The translations under genes were made by a program, and so were the position numbers. Shown here in pieces: positions 36,537 through 46,623 of a DNA stretch of 64,000 nucleotides. Position 1 is the first letter of the stretch; every line of letters begins with the position of its first letter. Location of the stretch: NCBI GenBank assembly GCA_964495695.1, contig CAZBWR010000004.1, positions 39,006 through 103,005 of the forward strand. Reading direction: 5' to 3'. The notes beneath the pieces were generated by a model. It did no database searches, had not been told where the DNA came from, and was given only the letters and a program-made list of their open reading frames with translations. This stretch comes from an uncultured Chitinophagales bacterium (GTDB taxonomy: Bacteria > Bacteroidota > Ignavibacteria > UBA10030 > UBA6906).

Positions 36537-38144
36537 TTGCGGAGGTACAATTTGAGGGAAGACTCGGTTTCAAGTTCCGTAGAGGAGCCCGAGCGTACCA
36601 CTACTCATAGGGTAATATTTGCTTCATCCGTGGGTACGCTGTTCGAATGGTATGATTTCTATTTGTATGGAAGCCTTGCAGCTTTTTTCGGGACTCTGTT
36701 CTTCCCTCCGGGAAATGAAACGGCCGCCTTTCTTGCCAGTCTTGCGACCTTCGGGGCGGGCTTTGCAGTTCGACCTTTTGGAGCGATAGTCTTCGGGCGA
36801 ATCGGTGACATCGTCGGGCGGAAATACACATTCCTGATCACGATCGTCATCATGGGGCTATCCACTGCACTTATTGGACTTCTCCCCACATGGAACGAAA
36901 TCGGGATTGTCGCTCCCATCTTGCTGGTGACACTCCGACTCGCGCAGGGTTTAGCGCTTGGAGGTGAGTATGGCGGTGCGGCAACGTATGTTGCCGAGCA
37001 CGCTCCCCACGGGAAGCGAGGGCTCTATACAAGCTGGATTCAAACAACCGCTACCATTGGCTTTTTCGTTTCGCTGGCTGTTATTCTCTCCACACGCCTG
37101 TATTTCGGTGAGGAAGATTTCCGTCAGTTCGGCTGGCGAATTCCCTTTCTCGTTTCGTTCATTCTTCTGGCCTTTTCGGTGTATATCCGCCTGAAGCTGA
37201 AGGAATCCCCGCTGTTCACAAAGTTGAAGCAGTCCGGAAAAGTTTCGAAGAACCCCATCAAGGAAAGTTTTGGAAACAAGACTAACTTGCGTTACGTGCT
37301 GCTGGCTTTGTTCGGTGCGACTGCCGGACAGGGTGTGGTGTGGTATGCCGGGCAATTCTATGCCTTGTACTTTCTGCAGAATACGCTCAAAGTCGATTTC
37401 GTATCGTCTTACACACTGATTGCAGTAGCGTTGGCGATTGGGACACCAATGTTTGTGTTCTCAGGCTGGCTTTCCGATTACATCGGGAGGAAGAATTTGA
37501 TGATCACCGGTTGCGTACTTGCCGCGTTGACGTACTATCCAATCTTTCACGGACTTACACATTACGCAAACCCCGCCCTTGAGCAGGCGATCCGGGAACA
37601 CCCTGTGGTGCTTTTCTACAATGGCTCGACTGCTCCTGAATCCGAAATTGACGCCGCGCGCGAGATGCTCACAAAACGCGGCTACCCCTTTACAACACAA
37701 CATGCGGCGGCTGGAACAGCCGTAACAATGCAAGTCGGGGTCATGGATGCGGGGTCCTTTGACGAAGAACGTTGGGTGAACACACTTCACTCAGTCGGAT
37801 ATCCTTCGAGCGCAGACCCTGAACGGATCAACAGCTTCATGGTTGTCATGCTGCTGGTTTTGTTGATGGTTTATGTTGCCATGGTGTACGGCCCGATTGC
37901 GGCCTTTCTTGTTGAATTGTTCCCGACGCGCATCCGTTACACATCAATGTCTCTGCCTTATCACCTTGGAAACGGTTGGTTCGGAGGTTTTCTTCCCCTC
38001 ATTGCTGCATCGATAACAGTGGTCACCGGAAACATCTACTCAGGTCTTTACTATCCGATCGTTATTGCTTTGATGACAGCACTGGTCGGTGGCTTCTTTG
38101 TGCCTGAAACAAAGGACAGGATTATGCACGACGAATACCAGTAG
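36537..38144 (+). CDS. MFS transporter, metabolite:H+ symporter (MHS) family
   Basis: 535 aa. Multiple TM helices. The FEWYDFYLYG and GRIGDIVGRK motifs are typical of ProP/KgtP-like MHS transporters. Has a large central hydrophilic loop. Confidence 0.75.
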   Translation: MRRYNLREDSVSSSVEEPERTTTHRVIFASSVGTLFEWYDFYLYGSLAAFFGTLFFPPGNETAAFLASLATFGAGFAVRPFGAIVFGRIGDIVGRKYTFLITIVIMGLSTALIGLLPTWNEIGIVAPILLVTLRLAQGLALGGEYGGAATYVAEHAPHGKRGLYTSWIQTTATIGFFVSLAVILSTRLYFGEEDFRQFGWRIPFLVSFILLAFSVYIRLKLKESPLFTKLKQSGKVSKNPIKESFGNKTNLRYVLLALFGATAGQGVVWYAGQFYALYFLQNTLKVDFVSSYTLIAVALAIGTPMFVFSGWLSDYIGRKNLMITGCVLAALTYYPIFHGLTHYANPALEQAIREHPVVLFYNGSTAPESEIDAAREMLTKRGYPFTTQHAAAGTAVTMQVGVMDAGSFDEERWVNTLHSVGYPSSADPERINSFMVVMLLVLLMVYVAMVYGPIAAFLVELFPTRIRYTSMSLPYHLGNGWFGGFLPLIAASITVVTGNIYSGLYYPIVIALMTALVGGFFVPETKDRIMHDEYQ

Positions 38145-38169
38145 AGCCCGGGAAGCCTGCCGACTAATC

Positions 38170-38212
38170 AGCCCTCTTCCTTGCTTTTCAGAGGGCTTTT
38201 CCTTTCCTTTTT
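38170..38212 (+). terminator. Rho-independent terminator after the MFS gene
   Basis: Stem AGCCCTCT / AGAGGGCT with a 12-nt loop, followed by TTTCCTTTCCTTTTT. Confidence 0.55.
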
Positions 38213-38299
38213 AAGTACTTTTTAGCCACTTTTCAGCCCTGTGTTGCTTTTTGTAAACAGGGCATTTCTGCATTTTTTCGGACCTTTCCAGGGAGTACC

Positions 38300-39469
38300 A
38301 TGACAAAGTTTCAGGGCGTAGACTATATGAATATGGACAGCCTTCTTTCGGAAGAAGAGCTGCTTGTACGTAATACCGTTCGTGAGTTCGTTGACGACGA
38401 GATCATCCCGGTCATTGAGAAGCACGCACGCGAGGGAACCTTCCCGATGGATTTGGTGGGGAAGATGGCTGAGCTTGGGCTTTTCGGGTCGACACTCCCT
38501 GCGAAGTATGGATGTGCAGAGATGAATAACGTCTCGTACGGATTGGTGATGCAGGAACTTGAGCGAGGGGACAGCGGTGTGCGGAGTTTTGCCTCGGTAC
38601 AGAGTTCACTTGTCATGTACCCGATCTATGCGTACGGATCAGAAGAGCAAAAGAACTACTGGCTGCCCAAACTTGCCAAGGGCGAAGCCATTGGCTGCTT
38701 CGGCCTTACCGAGCCTGACTTTGGATCGAACCCCGGCGGCATGATCACCCGCGCCGAGGAAACCAGCGACGGGTACATTCTCAACGGCGCCAAGATGTGG
38801 ATCACGAACGGCACACTCGCAGATGTTGCGGTGGTTTGGGCGAAGCTCAACGGCAAAGTGAACGGCTTTCTGGTGGAAAAGGGTGCGAAAGGGTTTTCCG
38901 CTCCCGAGATGAAGGGAAAGCATTCGTTGCGGGCTTCTGTGACTTCGGAACTTATTTTTCAGGACGTTCATATTCCGAAAGAGAACCGTCTTCCCGGCGG
39001 CGAAGGCCTTAAGCTTCCGCTTGGCTGTCTGAGCCAGGCCCGCTACGGTATTGCGTGGGGCGCCATCGGTGCGGCAATGGCGTGCTATGATTCCGCCCTG
39101 AACTACGCCAAGTCGCGGATCCAGTTTGACAAGCCGATTGCATCGTTCCAATTGACACAGGAGAAACTGGTGCTCATGCTTAACGAGATCACCAAGGGAC
39201 AGTTGCTTTGCTTGCAGCTGGGACGGCTGAAGGATGCCGGAAAAGTCCGCTTCCAGCAGATTTCATTTGCAAAACGGAACAATGTGTATCACGCGCTGCA
39301 TATTGCACGCGAGGCCCGGACGATTCTCGGCGCCAACGGCATCCTGGATGAATACCCGGTAATGCGTCACGCTGCCAATCTTGAGTCGGTGCTGACGTAT
39401 GAGGGAACGCACGAAATGCACACGCTGATAGTCGGGGAAGATATCACCGGAATTGCCGCATTTGTCTAA
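38300..39469 (+). CDS. Acyl-CoA dehydrogenase, glutaryl-CoA dehydrogenase-like
   Basis: 389 aa with the ACAD fold (GLTEPDFGSNPGGMITRAE..., WITNG, C-terminal YEGTHEMHTLIVGEDITG). Confidence 0.8.
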   Translation: MTKFQGVDYMNMDSLLSEEELLVRNTVREFVDDEIIPVIEKHAREGTFPMDLVGKMAELGLFGSTLPAKYGCAEMNNVSYGLVMQELERGDSGVRSFASVQSSLVMYPIYAYGSEEQKNYWLPKLAKGEAIGCFGLTEPDFGSNPGGMITRAEETSDGYILNGAKMWITNGTLADVAVVWAKLNGKVNGFLVEKGAKGFSAPEMKGKHSLRASVTSELIFQDVHIPKENRLPGGEGLKLPLGCLSQARYGIAWGAIGAAMACYDSALNYAKSRIQFDKPIASFQLTQEKLVLMLNEITKGQLLCLQLGRLKDAGKVRFQQISFAKRNNVYHALHIAREARTILGANGILDEYPVMRHAANLESVLTYEGTHEMHTLIVGEDITGIAAFV

Positions 39470-39505
39470 TTACAACACACAGAACACCCAAGCGGAACCG
39501 CACTT

Positions 39506-40969
39506 GTGAAGAACAAAGTCCTTTATGAAGCCCTCACCTACGATGACATTCTCCTCGTGCCCGCGAAATCCGACGTCTTGCCGCGGGATGTCAGTGTTCA
39601 GACAAAACTGACCCGTCAGATCACGCTGAACGTTCCCCTCATCAGTGCTGCGATGGACACGGTCACAGAGGCGGATATGGCGGTCGCAATGGCGCGTGAA
39701 GGTGGAATCGGCATTCTTCATAAGAATATGTCCATCGAAAAACAGGTGGATGAAGTACACCGCGTGAAACGCTCGGAGAGCGGGATGATTCTTGAGCCGG
39801 TGACTGTCCGTCCGAATCAACAAGTCCGGGATGTGTTGATGCTTATGAAGAAGTACAGTATATCCGGGATTCCCGTCGTTGATCGGAACGGCAAGCTTAT
39901 CGGAATTATCACGAACCGTGACTTGCGCTTCGAACCGGACGAGGATGCATTAGTTGAGGAGATTATGACAGCCGATAATCTCGTTACGGCTCCCGTCGGA
40001 ACGACGTTGACGCAGGCGGAGCGCATTCTTCAAAAGCACAAAGTTGAAAAGCTCCCCGTAGTCGATAAGAACGGATATCTGCGCGGTCTCATCACATTCA
40101 AAGATATTCTTAAAAAGAAAAAGCACCCGGACGCCTGCAAGGACAAGCACGGGCGGTTGCGTGTCGGGGCGGCAGTCGGCGTAACAAGCGATACGCTTGA
40201 TCGTGTAGCCGAGTTGGTCAAGGCGGACGTTGATGTTATCATCGTCGACACGGCGCACGGACACTCGAAGGGAGTTCTGGAAACAGTGAAACGCGTCCGG
40301 AAAAGATTCCCGAAGATTGATCTCATTGCAGGAAATGTCGGTACGGGTGAGGCAACGCGCGATATGATCCGTGCAGGCGTGGACGCGGTCAAGGTGGGTA
40401 TCGGCCCCGGATCTATCTGCACGACCCGGGTTGTTGCCGGCGTCGGTGTTCCGCAGGTAACCGCCATTATGGAGTGTGTGAAAGTCGCGTCCAAATCCAA
40501 CGTCCCCATCATTGCCGATGGCGGCATCAAACAAACCGGCGACATTGCAAAAGCTATCGCAGCCGGCGCTGATTCGGTCATGATCGGCGGTCTCTTTGCC
40601 GGCGTTGACGAGAGTCCCGGCGAGAAAGTTCTTTATGAGGGGCGCAGCTACAAGATCTACAGAGGTATGGGTTCGATTGAGGCCATGAGGCAGGGAAGCA
40701 AGGACAGGTATTTCCAGGATGCCGAGGACGATCTGCAGAAACTCGTGCCGGAGGGTATTGAGGGTCGAGTGCCGTACAAAGGTCCTCTTGAAGACACTAT
40801 CTATCAAATGATCGGCGGGTTGCGTGCTGCAATGGGATATTGCGGCTGCCCGACAATTGCCGACATGAAAAAACGCTCGCAGTTCGTGCGAATGACGGAT
40901 GCAGGGCTCCGCGAAAGCCACCCGCACGATATCGCAATCACGAAAGAAGCCCCCAACTATCATCTCTAA
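39506..40969 (+). CDS. guaB: Inosine-5'-monophosphate dehydrogenase
   Basis: 487 aa. CBS pair; catalytic loop [10 protein letters not shown]; [18 protein letters not shown]. Confidence 0.9.
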   Translation: MKNKVLYEALTYDDILLVPAKSDVLPRDVSVQTKLTRQITLNVPLISAAMDTVTEADMAVAMAREGGIGILHKNMSIEKQVDEVHRVKRSESGMILEPVTVRPNQQVRDVLMLMKKYSISGIPVVDRNGKLIGIITNRDLRFEPDEDALVEEIMTADNLVTAPVGTTLTQAERILQKHKVEKLPVVDKNGYLRGLITFKDILKKKKHPDACKDKHGRLRVGAAVGVTSDTLDRVAELVKADVDVIIVDTAHGHSKGVLETVKRVRKRFPKIDLIAGNVGTGEATRDMIRAGVDAVKVGIGPGSICTTRVVAGVGVPQVTAIMECVKVASKSNVPIIADGGIKQTGDIAKAIAAGADSVMIGGLFAGVDESPGEKVLYEGRSYKIYRGMGSIEAMRQGSKDRYFQDAEDDLQKLVPEGIEGRVPYKGPLEDTIYQMIGGLRAAMGYCGCPTIADMKKRSQFVRMTDAGLRESHPHDIAITKEAPNYHL

Positions 40970-40981
40970 GCGGCAACCGGA

Positions 40982-42055
40982 TTGATGTTCAAGAAACGAC
41001 TATCGCGTTTGCGAGCCGAGCTTTCCGGGAAAGGTCTGGATACGCTCATCATCTCCACGCTGCCGCATATCCGCTATCTATCCGGATTCACCGGCTCGAA
41101 CGCCCTGCTGATTGTCGGGACGAGGTCGGCAGTCTTTCTCACCGACACGCGCTACGTTCTTCAGGCCTCACGAGAGGTTTCCGGATGCAGAGTCATCATC
41201 ACCACAAAACCGCTGTTCGAGGAGGCTGCGAAGCGCAAACTCCTGAGCGTTGGCAAGCGGGCAGGTTTTCAGGCAGATCAAGTTACCTATGCCCAGTATC
41301 GTTCCCTCCGCAAGTTGTTTCCCTCGATCTCGTTTGTTTCGACAAGAGACCTGGTTGAAGATGTGATGCTCGTGAAAGATCCTCACGAGGTTGATTCAAT
41401 CAGGCGTGCTGTCGCCATCTCCGACAAGGTATTTCATGATGTTGTAAAAATCGTCCGCCCGGGCATTCCGGAGCTCGAGGTTGCCGGCGAGATCTCCTAT
41501 CTCCACAAAAAGTACGGCGGTGAACGGGACGCCTTCGAGACGATTGTTGCCAGCGGCAAGCGGGGAGCGTTCCCGCATGCCCGCGCAAGCGAGAAGAAGA
41601 TTGCGCGCGGAGAACTGGTTACACTTGACTTCGGCTGTTCCGTGAACGGATACAATTCCGATCTTACAAGAACGATCGGTGTTGGCACGCTATCCCCGCG
41701 CCTCCGTCGGATGTATGAAGTCGTGCGTGAAGCGCAGCAACTTGCAGTTGATGCTGCGCGCGGCAATATGGCGGCGGCGGAGCTGGATCACGTGGCGCGC
41801 AAGCACATTACCCGAAGAGGATTCGGGAAGTATTTCAATCACTCATTGGGTCACGGGCTTGGATTGAATGTTCATGAGCGTCCCCGCGTTTCGCAGTTGA
41901 GCAAGGAGCTGTTGCAAGTGGGAAGCGTCATTACCATTGAACCGGGAGTGTATATCCCGGAAGTGGGCGGAGTGCGGATCGAGGACGACGTTCTCTTGAC
42001 GGAAGATGGTTGCGCTGTGTTGAACACGGCGCCGAAGGAGTTGGTTATTGTATGA
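40982..42055 (+). CDS. M24-family Xaa-Pro aminopeptidase/dipeptidase
   Basis: 357 aa. Creatinase-like N-terminal domain and a pita-bread metal-binding region (HSLGHGLGLNVHE, GVRIEDDVLLT). Confidence 0.8.
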   Translation: MMFKKRLSRLRAELSGKGLDTLIISTLPHIRYLSGFTGSNALLIVGTRSAVFLTDTRYVLQASREVSGCRVIITTKPLFEEAAKRKLLSVGKRAGFQADQVTYAQYRSLRKLFPSISFVSTRDLVEDVMLVKDPHEVDSIRRAVAISDKVFHDVVKIVRPGIPELEVAGEISYLHKKYGGERDAFETIVASGKRGAFPHARASEKKIARGELVTLDFGCSVNGYNSDLTRTIGVGTLSPRLRRMYEVVREAQQLAVDAARGNMAAAELDHVARKHITRRGFGKYFNHSLGHGLGLNVHERPRVSQLSKELLQVGSVITIEPGVYIPEVGGVRIEDDVLLTEDGCAVLNTAPKELVIV

Positions 42056-43383
42056 TTGGTGAAGAGACGGTGAGTGCGAACATCCTGTCGGGTGATGCCG
42101 TTGAGCAGCGGCGCGTTCTCGTCATCGCTTATTATTTTCCCCCCATGGGTCTCAGCGGAGTGCAACGAACACTGAAATTCGTGAAGTATCTGCCGCAATA
42201 CGGATGGGCTCCGACCGTGTTGACAGTTGAGCCACGAGGGTACTACGCCCATGATGACTCCCTGCTTCATGAGCTCGAGGGGAAGGATGTTGCTATCATA
42301 CGTACATCTTCGGCGGGTCCCGGCAAAGTGTTTGCAAAGAAGGAAACCGTCAAACTCCCTTCTGAACGAACGCGGAAGCTGCTGAGCCGTGTGAGTGATA
42401 CTTTTTTTGTTCCGGACAACAAGATCGGCTGGCGCCGGAAGGCTGTGAAAAAAGCGCTTGCTCTGAACACACTCACGCCATTTGACTTGATATTTGCGAC
42501 AGCTCCACCATTTACCGATTTTCTGGTAGGGGCTGATGTCAAGGCGGCTATCAATAAACCGCTGGTCCTGGATTACAGGGATCCGTGGGTTGATTATCCG
42601 CACAAGTTTTATCCTACGCCGTTTCATAAGTTACGGAACATCAATCTGGAGCGAGGTGCCCTCAAGGCGAGCAGTCACGTCGTCACTACGAATCGTAATG
42701 TCAAAGAGCTGATTCTCAAGCGGCATCGCTTTCTTACATATAATGACATCGAAATAATTCCCCAGGGGTTCGATCCTGATGATTTTCCTTCCGGCGACGA
42801 TGTCCAGAGCGATCAAGTCGTTCCGAGGGCCGGAAAGATGCGCATCACATATGCCGGCGTGTTTTGGGAAGACCGTGTGCCTGATTACTTCCTGAAAGCT
42901 CTGCATGCCCTTTTCAATGAGCAGCCGCATTTGCGCAGCCGTATCGAAGCGATGTTCATAGGGAAGTTCAGGAAGGAGAACTCCAGGCTTGTGGATAAAC
43001 TGAAGCTGGCGGATTCCGTGAAAGTCGTCGACTATCTTCCGCACAAAGCTTGTGTGGCGAACCTGATGGCGTCTGACGTCCTGTGGATGATCGTTGGTGA
43101 TGGCGTCGGCTCACCGGGCAAGGTTTACGAGTATATCGGGGCGCGCAAGCCTATTCTTGGTTGTGTTCCTGACGGATTCCTGAAGCAGACAATTCAGGAG
43201 GCAGGTGGTAAGACTGTTGAACCGAAAGACGTTCAAGGCATTAAGGAAGCAATTCTCCAGTTCTATCATCAATACGAGAAGCGGTCGCTAAACGGACCGG
43301 CGCCACACGTTGTTGATAAATACGATCGTTCCAAACTTACAGGTCAGTTGGTGAAAGTGTTTGAATCACTGCTGGCGGTTTGA
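42052..43383 (+). CDS. Glycosyltransferase-like protein (GT-B fold, GT4-like), function unknown
   Basis: 443 aa. ATG overlaps the aminopeptidase stop; the ORF track begins in-frame at 42010. N-terminal RVLVIAYYFPPMGLSGVQRTLKFVKYLPQYGW and C-terminal EYIGARKPILG resemble GT-B sugar transferases. Confidence 0.5.
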   Translation: MIGEETVSANILSGDAVEQRRVLVIAYYFPPMGLSGVQRTLKFVKYLPQYGWAPTVLTVEPRGYYAHDDSLLHELEGKDVAIIRTSSAGPGKVFAKKETVKLPSERTRKLLSRVSDTFFVPDNKIGWRRKAVKKALALNTLTPFDLIFATAPPFTDFLVGADVKAAINKPLVLDYRDPWVDYPHKFYPTPFHKLRNINLERGALKASSHVVTTNRNVKELILKRHRFLTYNDIEIIPQGFDPDDFPSGDDVQSDQVVPRAGKMRITYAGVFWEDRVPDYFLKALHALFNEQPHLRSRIEAMFIGKFRKENSRLVDKLKLADSVKVVDYLPHKACVANLMASDVLWMIVGDGVGSPGKVYEYIGARKPILGCVPDGFLKQTIQEAGGKTVEPKDVQGIKEAILQFYHQYEKRSLNGPAPHVVDKYDRSKLTGQLVKVFESLLAV

Positions 43384-43407
43384 TCCGTAACATCACTTTA
43401 GGCAGGC

Positions 43408-44685
43408 ATGAAAATTCTGGTTGTTGGCAGTGGAGGTCGTGAGCATGCGCTTGTCTGGAAGATAAGCCAGAGCAGCAAAGTGACTTCATTGTTTTGCTCC
43501 CCGGGCAATCCGGGCATAGCCGAACATGCCGAGTGCCTTCCGATGAAGGCAACAGCGATCGCGGGGTTGCTTGACTTTGCAAAGAAGGAACGCATTGATC
43601 TGACGGTGGTCGGCCCCGAGCAACCGCTTGCCGAGGGAATCGTTGATGCGTTCGCCGCTGAAGGATTGAAGATTTTCGGGCCGACGAAACGGGCGGCAGA
43701 ACTTGAGTGGAGCAAGGGGTTCGCCAAGGATTTTATGAAACGACACGGGATTCCCACCGCCGGGTACAGGACATTCGAGGGCTCGACACTCGAAGCTGTT
43801 ACAGAGTACGTGAAGAAACTGGCGCCGCCGATAGTACTGAAAGCAGACGGCCTTGCTGCAGGCAAAGGTGTTGTCATTGCGCAATCCATAAACGAGGCGT
43901 TGGAATCGGTGCAGGAAATCCGTAAACAATTCGGTGACGCAGGAAGCCGGATTGTCATCGAGGAATTTCTTGAAGGCGAAGAGGCTTCCGTGTTTGCGAT
44001 CTGCGACGGGGAGGACTTTGTGACTCTCGCTCCGGCACAAGATCACAAGCGGATTTATGACGGGGACCGCGGAAAGAACACAGGGGGCATGGGCGCGTAT
44101 GCACCGGCTCCGGTCGTAACGGCCGATATTCTTCAAGCGGTTAGTGAGAGGATTATTGCCCCGACACTCAAGGGAATGGCAGATGAGAAACGGCCGTACA
44201 AGGGTTGCCTGTATGTCGGATTGATGATCACTGCGACAGGGCCGAAAGTAGTTGAATACAATTGCCGGTTCGGTGACCCGGAGACCCAGGTTGTTCTTCC
44301 GCTGTATAATGGCGATGTAGTCGAATTGTTTGATGCCGCATGTGATGGCCGCATTGCGCAGTTCGGTGCCGACTCGAATCTTCTCAAGCCGTCGTCGGCA
44401 GTATGCGTGGTTCTTGCTTCGCAAGGATATCCGGATGAGTATCCTACGGGATATGAAATTACCGGACTTGAAGATTTACAGGGCTCAAACGTCATTCCGT
44501 TTCACGCAGGAACAAAAATGCAGGGTGGGACGGTAGTGACTGCGGGGGGTCGGGTTCTCGGGATCACGGCGATAAAGCCCGATTTGGCGGGGGCAATTGA
44601 AGATGCCTACACAGCGGTGCGGGATGTCTCTTTTGCAGGCATGCACTACCGGCGTGACATCGGGAAGAAAGCATTTGTTCACTAA
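43408..44685 (+). CDS. purD: Phosphoribosylamine--glycine ligase
   Basis: 425 aa. MKILVVGSGGREHALVWKI; ATP-grasp domain; C-terminus conserved to the end. Confidence 0.9.
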   Translation: MKILVVGSGGREHALVWKISQSSKVTSLFCSPGNPGIAEHAECLPMKATAIAGLLDFAKKERIDLTVVGPEQPLAEGIVDAFAAEGLKIFGPTKRAAELEWSKGFAKDFMKRHGIPTAGYRTFEGSTLEAVTEYVKKLAPPIVLKADGLAAGKGVVIAQSINEALESVQEIRKQFGDAGSRIVIEEFLEGEEASVFAICDGEDFVTLAPAQDHKRIYDGDRGKNTGGMGAYAPAPVVTADILQAVSERIIAPTLKGMADEKRPYKGCLYVGLMITATGPKVVEYNCRFGDPETQVVLPLYNGDVVELFDAACDGRIAQFGADSNLLKPSSAVCVVLASQGYPDEYPTGYEITGLEDLQGSNVIPFHAGTKMQGGTVVTAGGRVLGITAIKPDLAGAIEDAYTAVRDVSFAGMHYRRDIGKKAFVH

Positions 44686-44739
44686 CACCGGCGTAATGCG
44701 TTCCGGAAATCCTGACAGTAAAACAAGTAGGGGATTGCG

Positions 44740-45675
44740 TTGAATATTCTTGTTACGGGCGGCGCCGGGTTTATTGCGTCGCAGATTGTTGATGAGTACA
44801 TCAGACTCGGCCATGAGGTGACAATCGTGGATAACCTCTCAACCGGGCGGAAGCGGAACATCAACCCGAAGGCGCTCTTCCATCAGGTTGACATCCGTGA
44901 TGCGGAGGCTACAAGAAAGATATTTGAGAGCGGGAGATTTGACGTTGTCAATCATCATGCGGCACAAATGGATGTCCGTCGCTCGGTTGATGATCCTGTG
45001 TACGATGCTTCTGTCAACATCATTGGTGTGTTGAGCCTGCTCGAATCATGCGTGAAGACAGGTGTCCGTCGTGTGATATTTGCATCGAGTGGGGGGGCGA
45101 TTTACGGCGAGCAGGATTATTTCCCCGCGGATGAAGATCACCCCACCCGCCCTATCTCCCCCTACGGAGTAGCGAAACTTACAACCGAACAATATCTCTT
45201 CTACTACAAGGCAGTATACGGGATTGACTCAGTCAGTCTCCGCTATGCAAACATCTACGGTCCCCGCCAGAACCCCGAAGGCGAGGCTGGCGTCGTGGCA
45301 ATTTTCACTACAAAGCTTCTCGCAGGTCAGCAGCCGGTTATCAACGGAGAGGGGAAGCAGACTCGTGATTATGTATTTGTGGGTGATGTTGTAAAGGCGA
45401 ACGTGCTCGCACTGCAGTCGGAAGGTTCACATGTGTTCAACATCGGCACAGGGATCGAAACTGATGTGAACCAACTATTCCATCATCTAAGGCGGATCAC
45501 GAAATCCGCGGCCGAAGAGAAACACGGTCCCGCCAAGAAGGGTGAGCAGCTTCGCAGCGTTCTGACTGCTGCAAAAATCGGGAAGCAATTGGGCTGGAAT
45601 CCAACCGTCACTATCGAACAGGGACTCGAGAAAACTGTTGAGTATTTCCGCACGCAAGAGGGATACGGTGCCTAG
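44740..45675 (+). CDS. NAD-dependent epimerase/dehydratase (GalE-like short-chain dehydrogenase)
   Basis: 311 aa. Rossmann TGGAGFIASQIV; catalytic YGVAK (YxxxK). Confidence 0.8.
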   Translation: MNILVTGGAGFIASQIVDEYIRLGHEVTIVDNLSTGRKRNINPKALFHQVDIRDAEATRKIFESGRFDVVNHHAAQMDVRRSVDDPVYDASVNIIGVLSLLESCVKTGVRRVIFASSGGAIYGEQDYFPADEDHPTRPISPYGVAKLTTEQYLFYYKAVYGIDSVSLRYANIYGPRQNPEGEAGVVAIFTTKLLAGQQPVINGEGKQTRDYVFVGDVVKANVLALQSEGSHVFNIGTGIETDVNQLFHHLRRITKSAAEEKHGPAKKGEQLRSVLTAAKIGKQLGWNPTVTIEQGLEKTVEYFRTQEGYGA

Positions 45676-46612
45676 AAGTGTTGAAATAGCCAAGGTTCTA
45701 TCCGGGAATCGCATTGCATTGTCACGGGCAATCTCAATTGTCGAAAACGACACCGAAGGTTCCGAAGAGTTGCTCAGGTCGATTTACCCAAAGACGGGAC
45801 GTGCATACCGTATCGGAGTGACTGGCCCTCCGGGCGCAGGGAAAAGTACACTGACCAACAAACTCGCAATGCACTATCGCAAGCAGGGTCACTCGGTCGG
45901 TATTATCGCCGTTGATCCGACCAGTCCGTTCACTGGTGGCGCATTGCTGGGCGACCGCGTGCGCATGACCGATATCGAACTGGACGAGGGGGTGTTCATT
46001 CGCAGCATGGCATCCCGCGGAAGCCTCGGCGGGTTGAGCAAGAAGGCGATGGAGGCCGCCGACGTTCTCGACGCCGGAGGAAAAGACATTATTATCTTCG
46101 AGACAGTCGGAGTCGGCCAGTCCGAACTCGATATAGCGGGTGCAGCCGATACAACGGTTGTTGTTCTCGTCCCCGAGTCGGGAGATTCCATTCAGGCAAT
46201 GAAAGCTGGACTGATGGAGATTGCGGATTTTTTTGTGCTCAACAAAGCGGACCGGCCCGGGGCAGAGCAGGCGGTAATGTCGATAAAGATGATCCTGCAT
46301 TTCAAGCCGGCTGGTTCATGGAATCCTGACGTTGTAAAATCCGTAGCCGCCGAGGGAAAGGGAATATCCGATGTTGCGGAAAAGATCGTCGAGCACAGGA
46401 GGTTTCTCGAATCGGGCGAGGAGTTTTCGTCACGGCGCAGCAAGCGCATGGAACAACGTATCAGGGAACTGGTCGCCGATAAATTGCGTGTTGATTTCTG
46501 GACTGATGAGAGGCGGAGCATTTTGTCCGAACGGCTTGGGGGAGTCATGCAATTCTCCTCTACCCCGTATGATGTAGCAGAATTGTTAATCAATAACTTC
46601 CGTAACCAGTAG
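45638..46612 (+). CDS. meaB: Methylmalonyl-CoA mutase-associated GTPase MeaB/ArgK
   Basis: 324 aa. P-loop GVTGPPGAGKSTL; G-domain motifs (ETVGVGQSE, NKADR). The 5' end overlaps the epimerase by 38 nt, so the true start may be slightly downstream. Confidence 0.8.
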   Translation: MSISARKRDTVPRSVEIAKVLSGNRIALSRAISIVENDTEGSEELLRSIYPKTGRAYRIGVTGPPGAGKSTLTNKLAMHYRKQGHSVGIIAVDPTSPFTGGALLGDRVRMTDIELDEGVFIRSMASRGSLGGLSKKAMEAADVLDAGGKDIIIFETVGVGQSELDIAGAADTTVVVLVPESGDSIQAMKAGLMEIADFFVLNKADRPGAEQAVMSIKMILHFKPAGSWNPDVVKSVAAEGKGISDVAEKIVEHRRFLESGEEFSSRRSKRMEQRIRELVADKLRVDFWTDERRSILSERLGGVMQFSSTPYDVAELLINNFRNQ

Positions 46613-46623
46613 GAGAAGAGTTT

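Noticed and set aside
39950-40963. 337-aa ORF antisense to guaB
   Set aside because: guaB identity on the + strand is unambiguous; the antisense frame is a GC-rich shadow ORF.
43486-44424. 312-aa ORF on the - strand opposite purD
   Set aside because: Shadow ORF inside a strongly conserved + strand purD. No recognisable domains and low-complexity, Arg-rich composition.
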